Below, one piece after another: positions 1-9,589 of a stretch of DNA of 64,000 nucleotides (the stretch's first letter is position 1; each line of letters opens with the position of its first letter). The notes under the pieces were generated by a model. It had not been told where the DNA came from. It saw nothing but the letters and a program-made list of their open reading frames with translations, and searched no databases. Position numbers and translations under genes: made by a program. This DNA is from a virus. Where the stretch lies: positions 32,001-96,000 of IMG/VR virus record IMGVR_UViG_3300008448_000002; one strand, written 5' to 3'.

Positions 1-618
1 TTTAATATCAACAACAGTAGTAACTAAATCAGGAAAATTATATTTCAGTTCTTCAAAATATTTCTTTTCGATGGGATTCAAAGGAGATTTACTATTTTTT
101 TCCAAATAATCCGCCATTGCCGTCTTTAATACTTTTACTTTATCACCTTTTTTAACATCATCGGCGGATTCTTTAAGTTTTCTACCAACTGGTTCATCTT
201 CTTCGCCAGCAGCAGTAGGCACAGCTCCAAATCCATCATCCATTTCTTCTTCTTGAGGGGCAACTTCAACAGCATCATTGGAATCATCATATGCCATGTC
301 ACTAAAGTTTCCTTCGCTAGAAACATCAAAATTACCTTCTAAACCAGTGATGAAATCACTAATTTTATCTTTTGATACTCTTAACTGTTCAATAGATGAA
401 TCAAGCTCGGATTTTACAAGTTGTTCAAAATCATCAGACAACTTTTCACCAAATACAGTTCTCATTGTATCGGCAAGAGGCATGGTATCTTCGATTTCGA
501 TTTCTGCCAATCGCTCGATTGCTTTTTGTATGTTATTGATTAAGTCTTTTGCCGCAAGAATAACTTCTGCTTTTTGTAGACCATCTTCTAATAGTAATGA
601 TATTTTATTGTGTCTCAT
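1..618 (-). CDS. Partial acidic head/scaffold-like protein (MRHNKISLLLEDGLQKAEVILAAKD...), runs off the window start
   Basis: Open minus-strand frame read manually from ATG at 618 to position 1, absent from the ORF track; acidic/helical with an LLLE leader. Confidence 0.6.
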   Translation of the reverse strand, partial: MRHNKISLLLEDGLQKAEVILAAKDLINNIQKAIERLAEIEIEDTMPLADTMRTVFGEKLSDDFEQLVKSELDSSIEQLRVSKDKISDFITGLEGNFDVSSEGNFSDMAYDDSNDAVEVAPQEEEMDDGFGAVPTAAGEEDEPVGRKLKESADDVKKGDKVKVLKTAMADYLEKNSKSPLNPIEKKYFEELKYNFPDLVTTVVDIK

Positions 619-925
619 ATTTTCCTCTTTTTGATTTTGAGCGTTTTGGGGCGACTTCTCTAAGAATAATTCTCATTGATTCCATGATAAGTGTATTTTT
701 TCTATAAACTTTATCTTCTATTGATATGGATGGATTAATATAAGACAAATGTTTATTTTTATCTTCATATAATTTAAATATTCTCTTTGCCTCATTAATG
801 TCATCTACCGACAATGACAAATCAAACTCTTCTCTAAGCATGGAGTTGAATTGTTTCAATGTATTATCAGTTGTATGAATATCGTCAATGAGCATCAGGG
901 AATTGTTCCAAATAACTAGTTTCAC
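605..925 (-). CDS. Hypothetical protein
   Basis: 106-aa ORF in a tightly packed minus-strand operon; the true start may be slightly downstream. Confidence 0.55.
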   Translation of the reverse strand: MKLVIWNNSLMLIDDIHTTDNTLKQFNSMLREEFDLSLSVDDINEAKRIFKLYEDKNKHLSYINPSISIEDKVYRKNTLIMESMRIILREVAPKRSKSKRGKYETQ

Positions 926-942
926 ATATATTTATAAAAAAA

Positions 943-1152
943 CTAATCTTTGGGTGCTCGAATGTAAACTAAACAGTTATTATACTTTTTCTTCAATAAA
1001 ATATCATTAATATATAATTTTTGGGCAAGAATTTTCTCTCTGTCTGTTAAATCCTTTGAGTAGACAAACTTATTTTGTTCTATTTTTTCTAACAATTCAG
1101 CTTGTTCATTATCAATAATGACTTGTTTATCTTTTATTATTGCGATTCGCAT
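943..1152 (-). CDS. Hypothetical protein
   Basis: 69-aa ORF overlapping the neighbouring genes in operon fashion. Confidence 0.55.
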   Translation of the reverse strand: MRIAIIKDKQVIIDNEQAELLEKIEQNKFVYSKDLTDREKILAQKLYINDILLKKKYNNCLVYIRAPKD

Positions 1153-1657
1153 TTTTCAAGTTCTCTATATCATTTTGTAACTGTATAATTCTCTTGTCGA
1201 TTATACCTTCGGATATTAGTGTTTTTACAGCATTTTCTAATGTGTGGAGATTTTGGGCAACTTTATATGATTTTGAATTATTTGTACCTGCGAGCTTCAA
1301 TACACTATCAATCTCATAGATAGTGTTACAATCATTTAATGATTCTTCAATTTCTTTAATCTTATCATTTCTATTATAATCTTTTTTAGACGTATGACTT
1401 CCAGCACCCGATTTAAACTTAGATGCCATCACTAAATGATTTCTTGGTTGTCTTGTGTCCTTTTTCATAATTCTATATTTCTTTAACATTTTCTCGAAAT
1501 TACTATAGCTATTATATATATCATTATCTCCAATAATATCAAGTAATTTCATGTAATCATCACCATCTAACATATAAAGAAACTTTTTAGCTGTCATTTC
1601 ATCTAAGCCATATTTTCCTAAAATTGAGATAAAAGATAATGTCATTATTTTTTCCAT
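1127..1657 (-). CDS. Hypothetical protein
   Basis: 176-aa ORF; minus-strand late-promoter motif upstream (TATTTATG on + at ~1675). Confidence 0.65.
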   Translation of the reverse strand: MEKIMTLSFISILGKYGLDEMTAKKFLYMLDGDDYMKLLDIIGDNDIYNSYSNFEKMLKKYRIMKKDTRQPRNHLVMASKFKSGAGSHTSKKDYNRNDKIKEIEESLNDCNTIYEIDSVLKLAGTNNSKSYKVAQNLHTLENAVKTLISEGIIDKRIIQLQNDIENLKNANRNNKR

Positions 1658-1722
1658 TAAGTTGTACTATCAACTATTTATGTAAAAATCATAAATAATA
1701 ATATAATGCGGAGGGCTTAGTC

Positions 1723-1971
1723 ATAGATACTGTTGTCACATATATTTTAAAGTCTTTATCCACTGGTGGAGTAGAAGCTATTATAGCTTTGCTAGTTGCC
1801 ATCATTGCCTTCCTCATTTGGGATAGAATGGGACTTAATAAAAAATTAACTAAAAAAGAAGAAAAACTAGAAAAATTAATAGAAGATTATTATGAAAGTA
1901 ATGAATCAGTAATAACGGCATTAAGCGGTATTAAATTGGCATTAACAAAATTGGGAAATAAAATCAAATGA
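1723..1971 (+). CDS. Small membrane protein (holin/antiholin-like topology), probable non-canonical ATA start
   Basis: Frame open from 1723; GGAGG at 1710-1714 lies 8 nt before ATA; hydrophobic segment GVEAIIALLVAIIAFLIW followed by a charged coiled coil; CATAAATA at 1690. Confidence 0.55.
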   Translation: MDTVVTYILKSLSTGGVEAIIALLVAIIAFLIWDRMGLNKKLTKKEEKLEKLIEDYYESNESVITALSGIKLALTKLGNKIK

Positions 1972-2957
1972 AGTTTGGCTTTAACAGAAAAGATACAGAT
2001 ACAGATAAGGATATTGAAAACATGGAAAGACTAAAAAAAACAAAATTGAGCCTGTTGGAGATTGTTAAATCTACCTGTGAAATCGCAGATGAAGTATCAT
2101 GTAAATTAGATAAAGATGAAACACTTTTTGGAAGAAATGTAGATATCGAAATAATTAATAGTATACAAGAACCAGTTTTAATACTAGATGTTAGTGGATA
2201 TATTACTTACTGTAACATAAAAGCCGAAGAGCTTTTATCACTTACAAAAGATGAACTTTCAAAATATCACATTTTGAAACTTTTATCAGAATATTCTAGT
2301 GATTTTGAAAGAAATATTGATTTTGAAAAAATATTAACAAATTACTCTGAAAATACAGTAGAAAATAAACACATTACACTTGATAAACACCCATCAAAAA
2401 TAAAACACATTACGCTATCTAGTACCCTATATAAAACAACTGATGGAGAATTGTGGTTTGTTTTTATAAAAGACAAATCAGAGTTAATTAAAAAAGAACA
2501 AGAAAACACATTAATAAAAAATAAAGTAAAAATATATGAAGAAGTTTTAGAAAGTTTCACAGTGAGTAACAATGAGATGTTAGTTGCCGTAGATAAAGAA
2601 TGGAATGTAGTATATTACAATACCTCCTATAAAGAAAAATTAAAAAAAATATTTAACATCAATATAAAAGTTGGAGAAAATATTAAAAATTATATTACTT
2701 CTATAAAAGAAATGATGAATGATAACCTATATCCAATTGATAATTGGAAAAAATGCTTATTAGGAAAGCCATGTTCTGATGAAAGTACATTTAAAATAAA
2801 AAATAATGAATATTCATTTTTAAATACATTCATACCAATTTATGATGAAAATAAAAGTATCATTGGAGCTATACAAACAATGAAAGAATTATCTCCCACT
2901 ATTTCTATCAATGTACAAAAGAAACAAAAAGAAAAAATAAGTTCAGAAAAAATATAA
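1968..2957 (+). CDS. Tandem PAS-domain protein
   Basis: PAS-like motifs IINSIQEPVLILDVSGYITYCNIKAEELL and EMLVAVDKEWNVVYYNTSY...PIYDENKSIIGAIQT; no output domain. Confidence 0.7.
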   Translation: MKFGFNRKDTDTDKDIENMERLKKTKLSLLEIVKSTCEIADEVSCKLDKDETLFGRNVDIEIINSIQEPVLILDVSGYITYCNIKAEELLSLTKDELSKYHILKLLSEYSSDFERNIDFEKILTNYSENTVENKHITLDKHPSKIKHITLSSTLYKTTDGELWFVFIKDKSELIKKEQENTLIKNKVKIYEEVLESFTVSNNEMLVAVDKEWNVVYYNTSYKEKLKKIFNINIKVGENIKNYITSIKEMMNDNLYPIDNWKKCLLGKPCSDESTFKIKNNEYSFLNTFIPIYDENKSIIGAIQTMKELSPTISINVQKKQKEKISSEKI

Positions 2958-2961
2958 AAAC

Positions 2962-2990
2962 AAAAAAGCCCCCAAATCGGGGGCTTTTTT
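2962..2990. terminator. Bidirectional intrinsic terminator
   Basis: AAAAAAGCCCCC-AAATC-GGGGGCTTTTTT between convergent genes. Confidence 0.85.
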
Positions 2991-3005
2991 AATCTTAAAA
3001 CAATC

Positions 3006-3422
3006 TTAGAGACTGTTTGTGTTAGAGAACGTAACCGCGAGGTTGTTGTTCGTTGTTGGCGAAGTGAATACAAAATCACCCACACCATTCAAGCTAGAAG
3101 CGAGAGAAGGTGTAGCACCTTCCCAAGCATCATGCTCAATAGCGAACTTCAACACATATACAGTGTTGTTACCAGAAGGAAGAGCAGAAGCCGCAGGAAT
3201 ATCAGTGATAGCTGCTTTATCTTCTACGCTGGTAGAAAAATCCAAAACTACTGGTTGTGCTCTGAGGCTAATGGTTTCAACAAGTTTGTCGATGTTAATT
3301 TGGTTAGCATCTGTTGGGCTTGTAGAAGCAGTTAGGTTTACAAGTGTACGAATCTTGTAGTAGTTGAGGTTCTTAGTAAGAAACTCACCACCTTTTGACG
3401 TACCGTTTACTTTATCTGACAT
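3006..3422 (-). CDS. Putative virion structural protein
   Basis: 138-aa ORF with GGAG RBS and late promoter upstream; Thr/Ser/Ala/Asn-rich. Confidence 0.6.
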   Translation of the reverse strand: MSDKVNGTSKGGEFLTKNLNYYKIRTLVNLTASTSPTDANQINIDKLVETISLRAQPVVLDFSTSVEDKAAITDIPAASALPSGNNTVYVLKFAIEHDAWEGATPSLASSLNGVGDFVFTSPTTNNNLAVTFSNTNSL

Positions 3423-3480
3423 ATTTTAAATCTCCTAATTATGTGCGATAGTTATACAACTATTTATACAAAAACTATTT

Positions 3481-3657
3481 TTAGCGTCTAATCATGGTTG
3501 GTTTAGATTGTTTTTTCTTTTTTTGTTTTTCATAGATGCCTTGATGTCCATTTATATCAAAACCATCACTTGTTAATGGCATAGCTACACAAGCCACATT
3601 TCCCGATGATGTAGAACCAGCGGTTGCGTTTTCTTTTAATAATTCATCTAATAACAT
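3481..3657 (-). CDS. Small putative head protein (MLLDELLKENATAGSTSSGNVA..., 58 aa)
   Basis: Read manually, below the 60-aa track cut-off; fills the gap exactly; LLKE leader. Confidence 0.6.
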   Translation of the reverse strand: MLLDELLKENATAGSTSSGNVACVAMPLTSDGFDINGHQGIYEKQKKKKQSKPTMIRR

Positions 3658-4370
3658 TATTTGCTCCCTACTGTGCCACCTAATAATGCGCCAATTAATG
3701 TTGATACAAATGTACTAGGTTTTTTACACTTTCCTGTTTCCGCATTACATGGTACATCTAATTCCATTTTTTCTTTTGATGCCCATTCTTCAAAGTTTTT
3801 TCTGATTTCGTCTTGTACTGGCAATCTATGTCTTAATGCTTGTAATAATCTTGTTACAGCTATCTTTTTTCTATTGTGTTGGTCTATATCCCAGTCAACA
3901 ATTAATCTTCTAAGATTTTTATAGCTTGATTCTTCAATGCCCAATCTTTTTTCCATGATGTAGATAAATGTAAAATCTAAGTGATTATCGTGTTCTCCGC
4001 TATGGAGTCGAGCGAAGTACCCTCTTAACAATGTTTTATCAATAGTTACAGAATTAATGAATACTCTGCTTTCTTCTTTATCTTTGAGCATCTTTATGAT
4101 AGATTCATTATCGTGCGTCATGAATACATATAACAATAGGGAAAAGTCATTCTTAATGTTATTATAACCTCTAAAGTTAGTTGTTAATACTTGCTCGGCA
4201 TAATTCATAGTGAAGCGTTTTTTAAGAAATGTTTTACGCATGATTTGTATTGCCAGTAGATACAAATATACCATATTTGCTAAATCTCTGGCATTATATC
4301 GCTTAAAGTCAGAAATAGACTTGATTGTCTTACCTTCTGTTAAATCTTGTAAAAAATCAAAGCTCATCAT
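3657..4370 (-). CDS. Hypothetical protein with LTE-type leader
   Basis: 237-aa ORF overlapping both neighbours. Confidence 0.65.
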   Translation of the reverse strand: MMSFDFLQDLTEGKTIKSISDFKRYNARDLANMVYLYLLAIQIMRKTFLKKRFTMNYAEQVLTTNFRGYNNIKNDFSLLLYVFMTHDNESIIKMLKDKEESRVFINSVTIDKTLLRGYFARLHSGEHDNHLDFTFIYIMEKRLGIEESSYKNLRRLIVDWDIDQHNRKKIAVTRLLQALRHRLPVQDEIRKNFEEWASKEKMELDVPCNAETGKCKKPSTFVSTLIGALLGGTVGSK

Positions 4371-5172
4371 AAAGTCCTTCTGGAATAGTAATCCCCAAGG
4401 TATTTATCTTATTTTTGAATATTTTAGTAACGGTGTCAAGTCTTTGTTGATTATGGTTGTTCATCTCCTTAAAAATAGTGGCAACCCCCTCTATAGTCAT
4501 TAATTGTTCTTGGTCTATTGTATTGTCAAAATAACAATCAATGAAGCAATCCACCGTATTTATATAAGGTATTTTAATCAGGGATTTATATCCAAAATTC
4601 TCTTCAAAGTCAATAGAAGACATTTCTTTTAATGTTTTCAATCGTTTTCCATTTTTTAAAGATTTTCCTCTATACCTCCAAAACACACCCTCATTAAAGA
4701 GTAGCGTTGGACCATAACGGGCAATCATATCATCACCGTTAAATAATGTAAACAATGATTGTTCGGCAACTATAGAAGAGAGATAGATATTTCTAAACAA
4801 TCCCTTGTACTTAGAATTTGGCGATGAATAATAGATAAACTTCTGCCACTCATAGTTTCCGAGGACAAAATCTATTTGCGTATATTGTTCTTTGTTATAA
4901 GGATGCGGATAAGAAACACTAAACATATTCTTTTTATAAACATGTTTAAATACGGATAATTTTTTATGTATATTTGATAAATCAAACGATTCTTTATCGA
5001 AGTTTATATCAATATCATTTGATACATCTTTTTTAGTGGCAGAACCAAGAATACTATCAAGGAGATATGAACAAGTAATGTCGTCCCCTAAAAAATTAGC
5101 AAGGTCATTTAAAACAATAAAAACATCGTTTTTTAATATAGGAGATGTATTGTCAAATATCTTGCCGCCCAT
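4357..5172 (-). CDS. Pol-beta-superfamily nucleotidyltransferase-like protein
   Basis: hG-S...D-x-D motif: ILGSATKKDVSNDIDINFD. Confidence 0.55.
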   Translation of the reverse strand: MGGKIFDNTSPILKNDVFIVLNDLANFLGDDITCSYLLDSILGSATKKDVSNDIDINFDKESFDLSNIHKKLSVFKHVYKKNMFSVSYPHPYNKEQYTQIDFVLGNYEWQKFIYYSSPNSKYKGLFRNIYLSSIVAEQSLFTLFNGDDMIARYGPTLLFNEGVFWRYRGKSLKNGKRLKTLKEMSSIDFEENFGYKSLIKIPYINTVDCFIDCYFDNTIDQEQLMTIEGVATIFKEMNNHNQQRLDTVTKIFKNKINTLGITIPEGLYDEL

Positions 5173-5173
5173 A

Positions 5174-6100
5174 TTACAATTCCTGTTTTAAGCTATAGAA
5201 ATACAATCTTGTTTTTTGGTCGAGAAATCCCTTATAGGAAATATAAGAGCCATTAACTTCTATTGTTGATTCTTTACTAAATTGTAGATATTTTTTGAAT
5301 GCTTCATCCAATTCTGTCTTTGGAACAGTGCCCGATTTTATCAAATAGTTTAATCCCTCTGTTTTGGTTCTTCCAAAGAGATAATTTCGCCAAATGTGAG
5401 TATAATTATTACAAAGATGGAAATTATCACCATCCATGATTTTAAATGTTATATTACCATCGGTATATACACCGCCTTCAATAAAATTAAAGTCAAATTG
5501 CGAAGGTATATATGGATAATAGGAAATTATATTACCATTATAAACAATCTTCTTATCATCAATATCTTTTTTGGGGATTTTATCTATAATCATCGCCTGT
5601 ATTTCTTCAATATACTGCGATAATAATGTCAATATTGGAGTGTCATTAAATACCTTATTCTTTACTACAGTAAATATTTCTATTTTATTAACAAGAGTTA
5701 ATTGTAAATTATCATCTACTACAGGTATCTGCGCCGCGATTTGTATTTCATTTTTAAGTATGTCTATATTTGAATTGGTTATTACTAGAGTATTGGTAGG
5801 GGATTTCCTCGGAATACTATTGGGTAAATATCCATACAATATTTCAAAATCAATAAAATCTCCATTCTTAAACTCATTACTGTAGGAGGAAAAGTACCAG
5901 AAAAATTGCTTATACATCCAAAGAGATATATTTTCTATTTCATAGACATTTCTAAATGTTCTTGTCTTTGTTTTTAAATAGAATCCAGAATCATCTTTTC
6001 CAACAGACATAAAACTGCCGTCAATCTTTTCAGATACGGATAGATTACCTGTATTAATTTTTAAAAACTGTCTGTTGCTGATTTGATAAAAATGTTTCAT
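5174..6100 (-). CDS. ATP-dependent ligase/RNA-ligase-like protein
   Basis: Motif I-like SEKIDGSFMSVG near the N-terminus; EGGVY...FKI resembles later nucleotidyltransferase motifs. Confidence 0.45.
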   Translation of the reverse strand: MKHFYQISNRQFLKINTGNLSVSEKIDGSFMSVGKDDSGFYLKTKTRTFRNVYEIENISLWMYKQFFWYFSSYSNEFKNGDFIDFEILYGYLPNSIPRKSPTNTLVITNSNIDILKNEIQIAAQIPVVDDNLQLTLVNKIEIFTVVKNKVFNDTPILTLLSQYIEEIQAMIIDKIPKKDIDDKKIVYNGNIISYYPYIPSQFDFNFIEGGVYTDGNITFKIMDGDNFHLCNNYTHIWRNYLFGRTKTEGLNYLIKSGTVPKTELDEAFKKYLQFSKESTIEVNGSYISYKGFLDQKTRLYFYSLKQEL

Positions 6101-6138
6101 AGTAAAGATTTATCATTTACTATGAGTGTTGTCAACTA

Positions 6139-6591
6139 TTATCCATCGTCTATTAAATCATTTTCATAGGCATATTGTCCCATGAGGTAGAATATATCTT
6201 TAACTACTTTATCGGAATAAGGTACAGGTGATTTTACTGTTATTTTGGCGTTTTTTATGTTTTGTTTATATTGAGCAAACGGAACTCTTATATTTTTTGA
6301 TAGTAAATAGGTAGATATTTCATGACTATCGTCATTAAATTTAACTATATTTGTCAAAAAAGCATATAGGTCTTTATATGAACCATCAGAACCAATTTTC
6401 CCAAGATATATTCCGTAGTTTTTTGTTATTTGTTTAACAAATTTGTCTAGTTCTAATCTTCCTGCCGCCTTTGCTCCAACTTTACCATTAGGGTCAATTT
6501 TCGATAAAGCCTTATCATAAACTTTACTAAGAAAGCCTCTCTCTGATAGTTCATCTTCCATTAAAATCTCATCTAGTAACATCTTTTTCAA
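6139..6591 (-). CDS. Hypothetical protein with ILME-type leader (candidate head protein)
   Basis: 150-aa ORF starting MKKMLLDEILMEDELSE. Confidence 0.6.
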   Translation of the reverse strand: MKKMLLDEILMEDELSERGFLSKVYDKALSKIDPNGKVGAKAAGRLELDKFVKQITKNYGIYLGKIGSDGSYKDLYAFLTNIVKFNDDSHEISTYLLSKNIRVPFAQYKQNIKNAKITVKSPVPYSDKVVKDIFYLMGQYAYENDLIDDG

Positions 6592-6826
6592 TCTCTCTTA
6601 GTTTATGTATGAACTTATTTGTATTTCCTGTTTTTACTGCCAGAAAAAACTTTTTTAATAAATCTTCATACTGTTCATCGGTATAATTACTTTTTATAAA
6701 ACTCATTAAATTAATACTAGTTGCCAATGCTGTCATTGAGCGAGCATGTACAACATCATATTTTGTCTTCTTTGGTATAAAGTTTCCCAATTCATCCAAT
6801 AAATCTTGAGAACGCTTTTCTGACAT
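6569..6826 (-). CDS. Hypothetical protein
   Basis: 85-aa ORF in operon. Confidence 0.6.
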   Translation of the reverse strand: MSEKRSQDLLDELGNFIPKKTKYDVVHARSMTALATSINLMSFIKSNYTDEQYEDLLKKFFLAVKTGNTNKFIHKLREIEKDVTR

Positions 6827-7095
6827 TATTGACTGATTCCATTTAATTGTTGTGGTACATATTTTTCAATATTTTCAATAGCTTTGTATATTCCAGTATA
6901 ATATCCCGCTGTGTACTCTTCGGAAAATTCACCTTGTAGTAGATGACTTTTTAATGTTTCAATAATACTTTCTAAAATAGGTGTAACAGTATCTACGACA
7001 ATTTCTTCTTCTGGTTCATCAATAATGATTTCAACAGGGTTTTCTTCCATTGATTCTATTAAAAAAGTAGTTAATTGTTTGTAGTATCCAGCCAT
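6826..7095 (-). CDS. Hypothetical acidic protein
   Basis: 89-aa ORF in operon. Confidence 0.55.
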   Translation of the reverse strand: MAGYYKQLTTFLIESMEENPVEIIIDEPEEEIVVDTVTPILESIIETLKSHLLQGEFSEEYTAGYYTGIYKAIENIEKYVPQQLNGISQ

Positions 7096-7135
7096 GTAAA
7101 ATTATTCCAATATATTATACTATTATTTATGATTT

Positions 7136-8551
7136 TTACGAGGAAAACTTTGAGGATAAACTTAATAGAGCTTCTTTATTGGTATAATTGGAATTATCCA
7201 TTCTAGTAACTACAGGATTTTTCTTCATACTATCCAATTCTTTAACTAAATTATCAGTATGTTGTTTATTTGTGTATGATGTCAAACCATTGGCATCAGT
7301 TACGCGCATTGATTCGGGATTATACGCTAAGTCTATTTTCTTACCGATTCCCGATGAACTTCTTGTTTTCATCATTTGTAATTGATATTCTCCCCGTTCT
7401 TTCATAGTAGCAGTAGCATAGATACCTATGATATTATCGGCAGTGTTGATTTTAGATATGCCCCCAGAAATGTGACTATAATTGTACTCCGATTGTTGTG
7501 AACCCTCTCTATTAATTTGACAGGCACTGACACATAACATTTTAAACTCCTGAGCAAATCCTCTTATTTCTTCACTTACAACTTTATCTTTGATAAATTG
7601 GTCGCTAATATCAATACTTTTGATGCTCGGATATAATAAATCAAGATAGTCAATTACTATAGCGTCTGGTCTATAACCATTTTGTATTTCAAACTCTTTA
7701 ATATAGGCTTTAATGTCATTAACAGTTGTAGCGGCAGTGGGCATGTACTTAATGAAGATATTTCCTTTATTTTTAACTGATTTATCTTTTTGATTCTTAA
7801 TGATGCTTGAGGCATACGAAGGGTCTTTGATAATAGACCTTGTATCTAATCCGGTATTCATAGCATCCATACGCAAGGCAATTAAATCTTCGCTCATCTC
7901 AAGTGTTAGATAAACAACATTCAAACCCATGTTTTTCCAGTTTACAGTAATGTTTTGTAGAAATATACTTTTACCTACGTTTGATGGGGCAATGAATAAT
8001 GATAATTCACCCCTGTTAAATCCACCAAACAACACATCATCTAATTCTCGCCATCCTGTTGATGTCATGTCTGTTTTGTCGCGCATCCGCAAAAGTCTTG
8101 CCTCTGGGTCTTCAAAGTAATCTGTTCCTAAATTTCTTGTGAGACTAATAAGCATTGCCTCTTTACATCTACTTTCAATGGCAGCGTAATCACCTTCTTT
8201 TAGCAAATCCAGTCCAGAAATTATCACCAATTCCAATGCTTTGTGTCTACAAAACTGTTCTATTTCAATAAGAAAATCATCAATGTGTTGTGGTTTAATC
8301 TCTTGTATTTTTTCAATATTTTTCTTAGTCTTTGATAATACTTGTTCTGGTGTAGGCAATATATTGTTTTTTGTTGTATAATCAATAATATATTGACAGG
8401 CAGGTTTTAAAGTTCTGTCCCAATATTCTGGATTGAGAATATTTGAACAGCGTATATATGCCTCAGAACTTGATAGTAAAAACCGTAGGAATAACACCTC
8501 ATCATCTAATGTATAGTCAATCTTTTTATTATTGTCTTTTTTATAATTCAT
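7136..8551 (-). CDS. gp41: Replicative DnaB/T4 gp41-like helicase
   Basis: Walker A APSNVGKS, YLTLEMSE, IVIDYLDLL, CQINREG, SGGISKINTAD, MKTRSSSG. Confidence 0.92.
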   Translation of the reverse strand: MNYKKDNNKKIDYTLDDEVLFLRFLLSSSEAYIRCSNILNPEYWDRTLKPACQYIIDYTTKNNILPTPEQVLSKTKKNIEKIQEIKPQHIDDFLIEIEQFCRHKALELVIISGLDLLKEGDYAAIESRCKEAMLISLTRNLGTDYFEDPEARLLRMRDKTDMTSTGWRELDDVLFGGFNRGELSLFIAPSNVGKSIFLQNITVNWKNMGLNVVYLTLEMSEDLIALRMDAMNTGLDTRSIIKDPSYASSIIKNQKDKSVKNKGNIFIKYMPTAATTVNDIKAYIKEFEIQNGYRPDAIVIDYLDLLYPSIKSIDISDQFIKDKVVSEEIRGFAQEFKMLCVSACQINREGSQQSEYNYSHISGGISKINTADNIIGIYATATMKERGEYQLQMMKTRSSSGIGKKIDLAYNPESMRVTDANGLTSYTNKQHTDNLVKELDSMKKNPVVTRMDNSNYTNKEALLSLSSKFSS

Positions 8552-9553
8552 TTATGTTTTGCCTTCCAGCCAATGATTCCATCTTAGGGTTATATCTTTG
8601 TCGTAATATATGTTCTTTAATATATCATAAATTGTATAAAACTTTCCATATCTTTTTGCGGCTTCGGCGGCATCTTTACAATCTTTTTCCCAAATAGGAT
8701 ATGAAACGCCCCATTTATTGTTTTTTGCCACCTCTATTAATTTCTTTCCTGCTTCGTCCCTATCAGGAACTACAATAATATTTTTATTTGATGATTTAAT
8801 CCATTTAATATGTGTTTCATTCATATTATTACCTAAAACAGATATACCATTTATTGCTAGCGCATCGAGACATCCTTCTACTAGTATCACTGTTTTATAA
8901 TCCGATGTTAGTAAGTGATTATTGTAAATATAATTCTGTCCTACATCTTTTTTATATTTAAGGAATGCCGAATCATCTATTGCCCGTGTTATATGTCCAA
9001 CTATCTTGTCATCAAAATAAAAGGGTATTATAATTTTTCTAGGGTCTTTCTTACAAAAATAAAACTTAGATAAATCATTTAAAAATCCTCTATTATCAAG
9101 ATATTCCACACAATTTACAAAATTGATTTCATGATAACCTGTTTCTAATAATAATAGTATATTATATGTATCTTCTGGCAACGGTCTTTCTTTAAAGTCA
9201 ATGATGTCTTCTTTTTTATTCTCGATTATTAATTCTGAATTATGTTTACTTCTCCATAAATCAAAGGCAATCTTTGCTATTTCTGACTTATCATATCCGT
9301 ACCATTCTAATAATCTTCTGTTGTTCTTATTTAATTCTGTTCCTGTTGTCCATCTAGTACCAAAGGAACAATTAAAACAATGATAACCAAAAGTTTCATC
9401 TGTTAGAGTTATCCCCGCTCTTTTCTTGATATCCTTTTTTCTGTGTCCATTATTAATACAACATTCACCATTAAAACAATTCCATCCATTAATTGCTTTT
9501 TTCTTTTCGCCAGTTATTCGTGGATATATTAAGTCATATAAGGTATTGTTCAC
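8552..9553 (-). CDS. gp61: DNA primase, T4 gp61-like
   Basis: Zn-binding C..CC...HCFNC N-terminus; Toprim LVEGCLDALAI and VPDRDEAG...KDAAE; adjacent to the helicase. Confidence 0.88.
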   Translation of the reverse strand: MNNTLYDLIYPRITGEKKKAINGWNCFNGECCINNGHRKKDIKKRAGITLTDETFGYHCFNCSFGTRWTTGTELNKNNRRLLEWYGYDKSEIAKIAFDLWRSKHNSELIIENKKEDIIDFKERPLPEDTYNILLLLETGYHEINFVNCVEYLDNRGFLNDLSKFYFCKKDPRKIIIPFYFDDKIVGHITRAIDDSAFLKYKKDVGQNYIYNNHLLTSDYKTVILVEGCLDALAINGISVLGNNMNETHIKWIKSSNKNIIVVPDRDEAGKKLIEVAKNNKWGVSYPIWEKDCKDAAEAAKRYGKFYTIYDILKNIYYDKDITLRWNHWLEGKT

Positions 9554-9589
9554 AGATTTATTATAGAGGAAAAATGAGATTAAATCAAT

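Noticed and set aside
135-634. Track ORFs 135..329 (-) and 278..634 (+)
   Set aside because: Both are shadows of the real minus-strand gene running from 618 off the window edge
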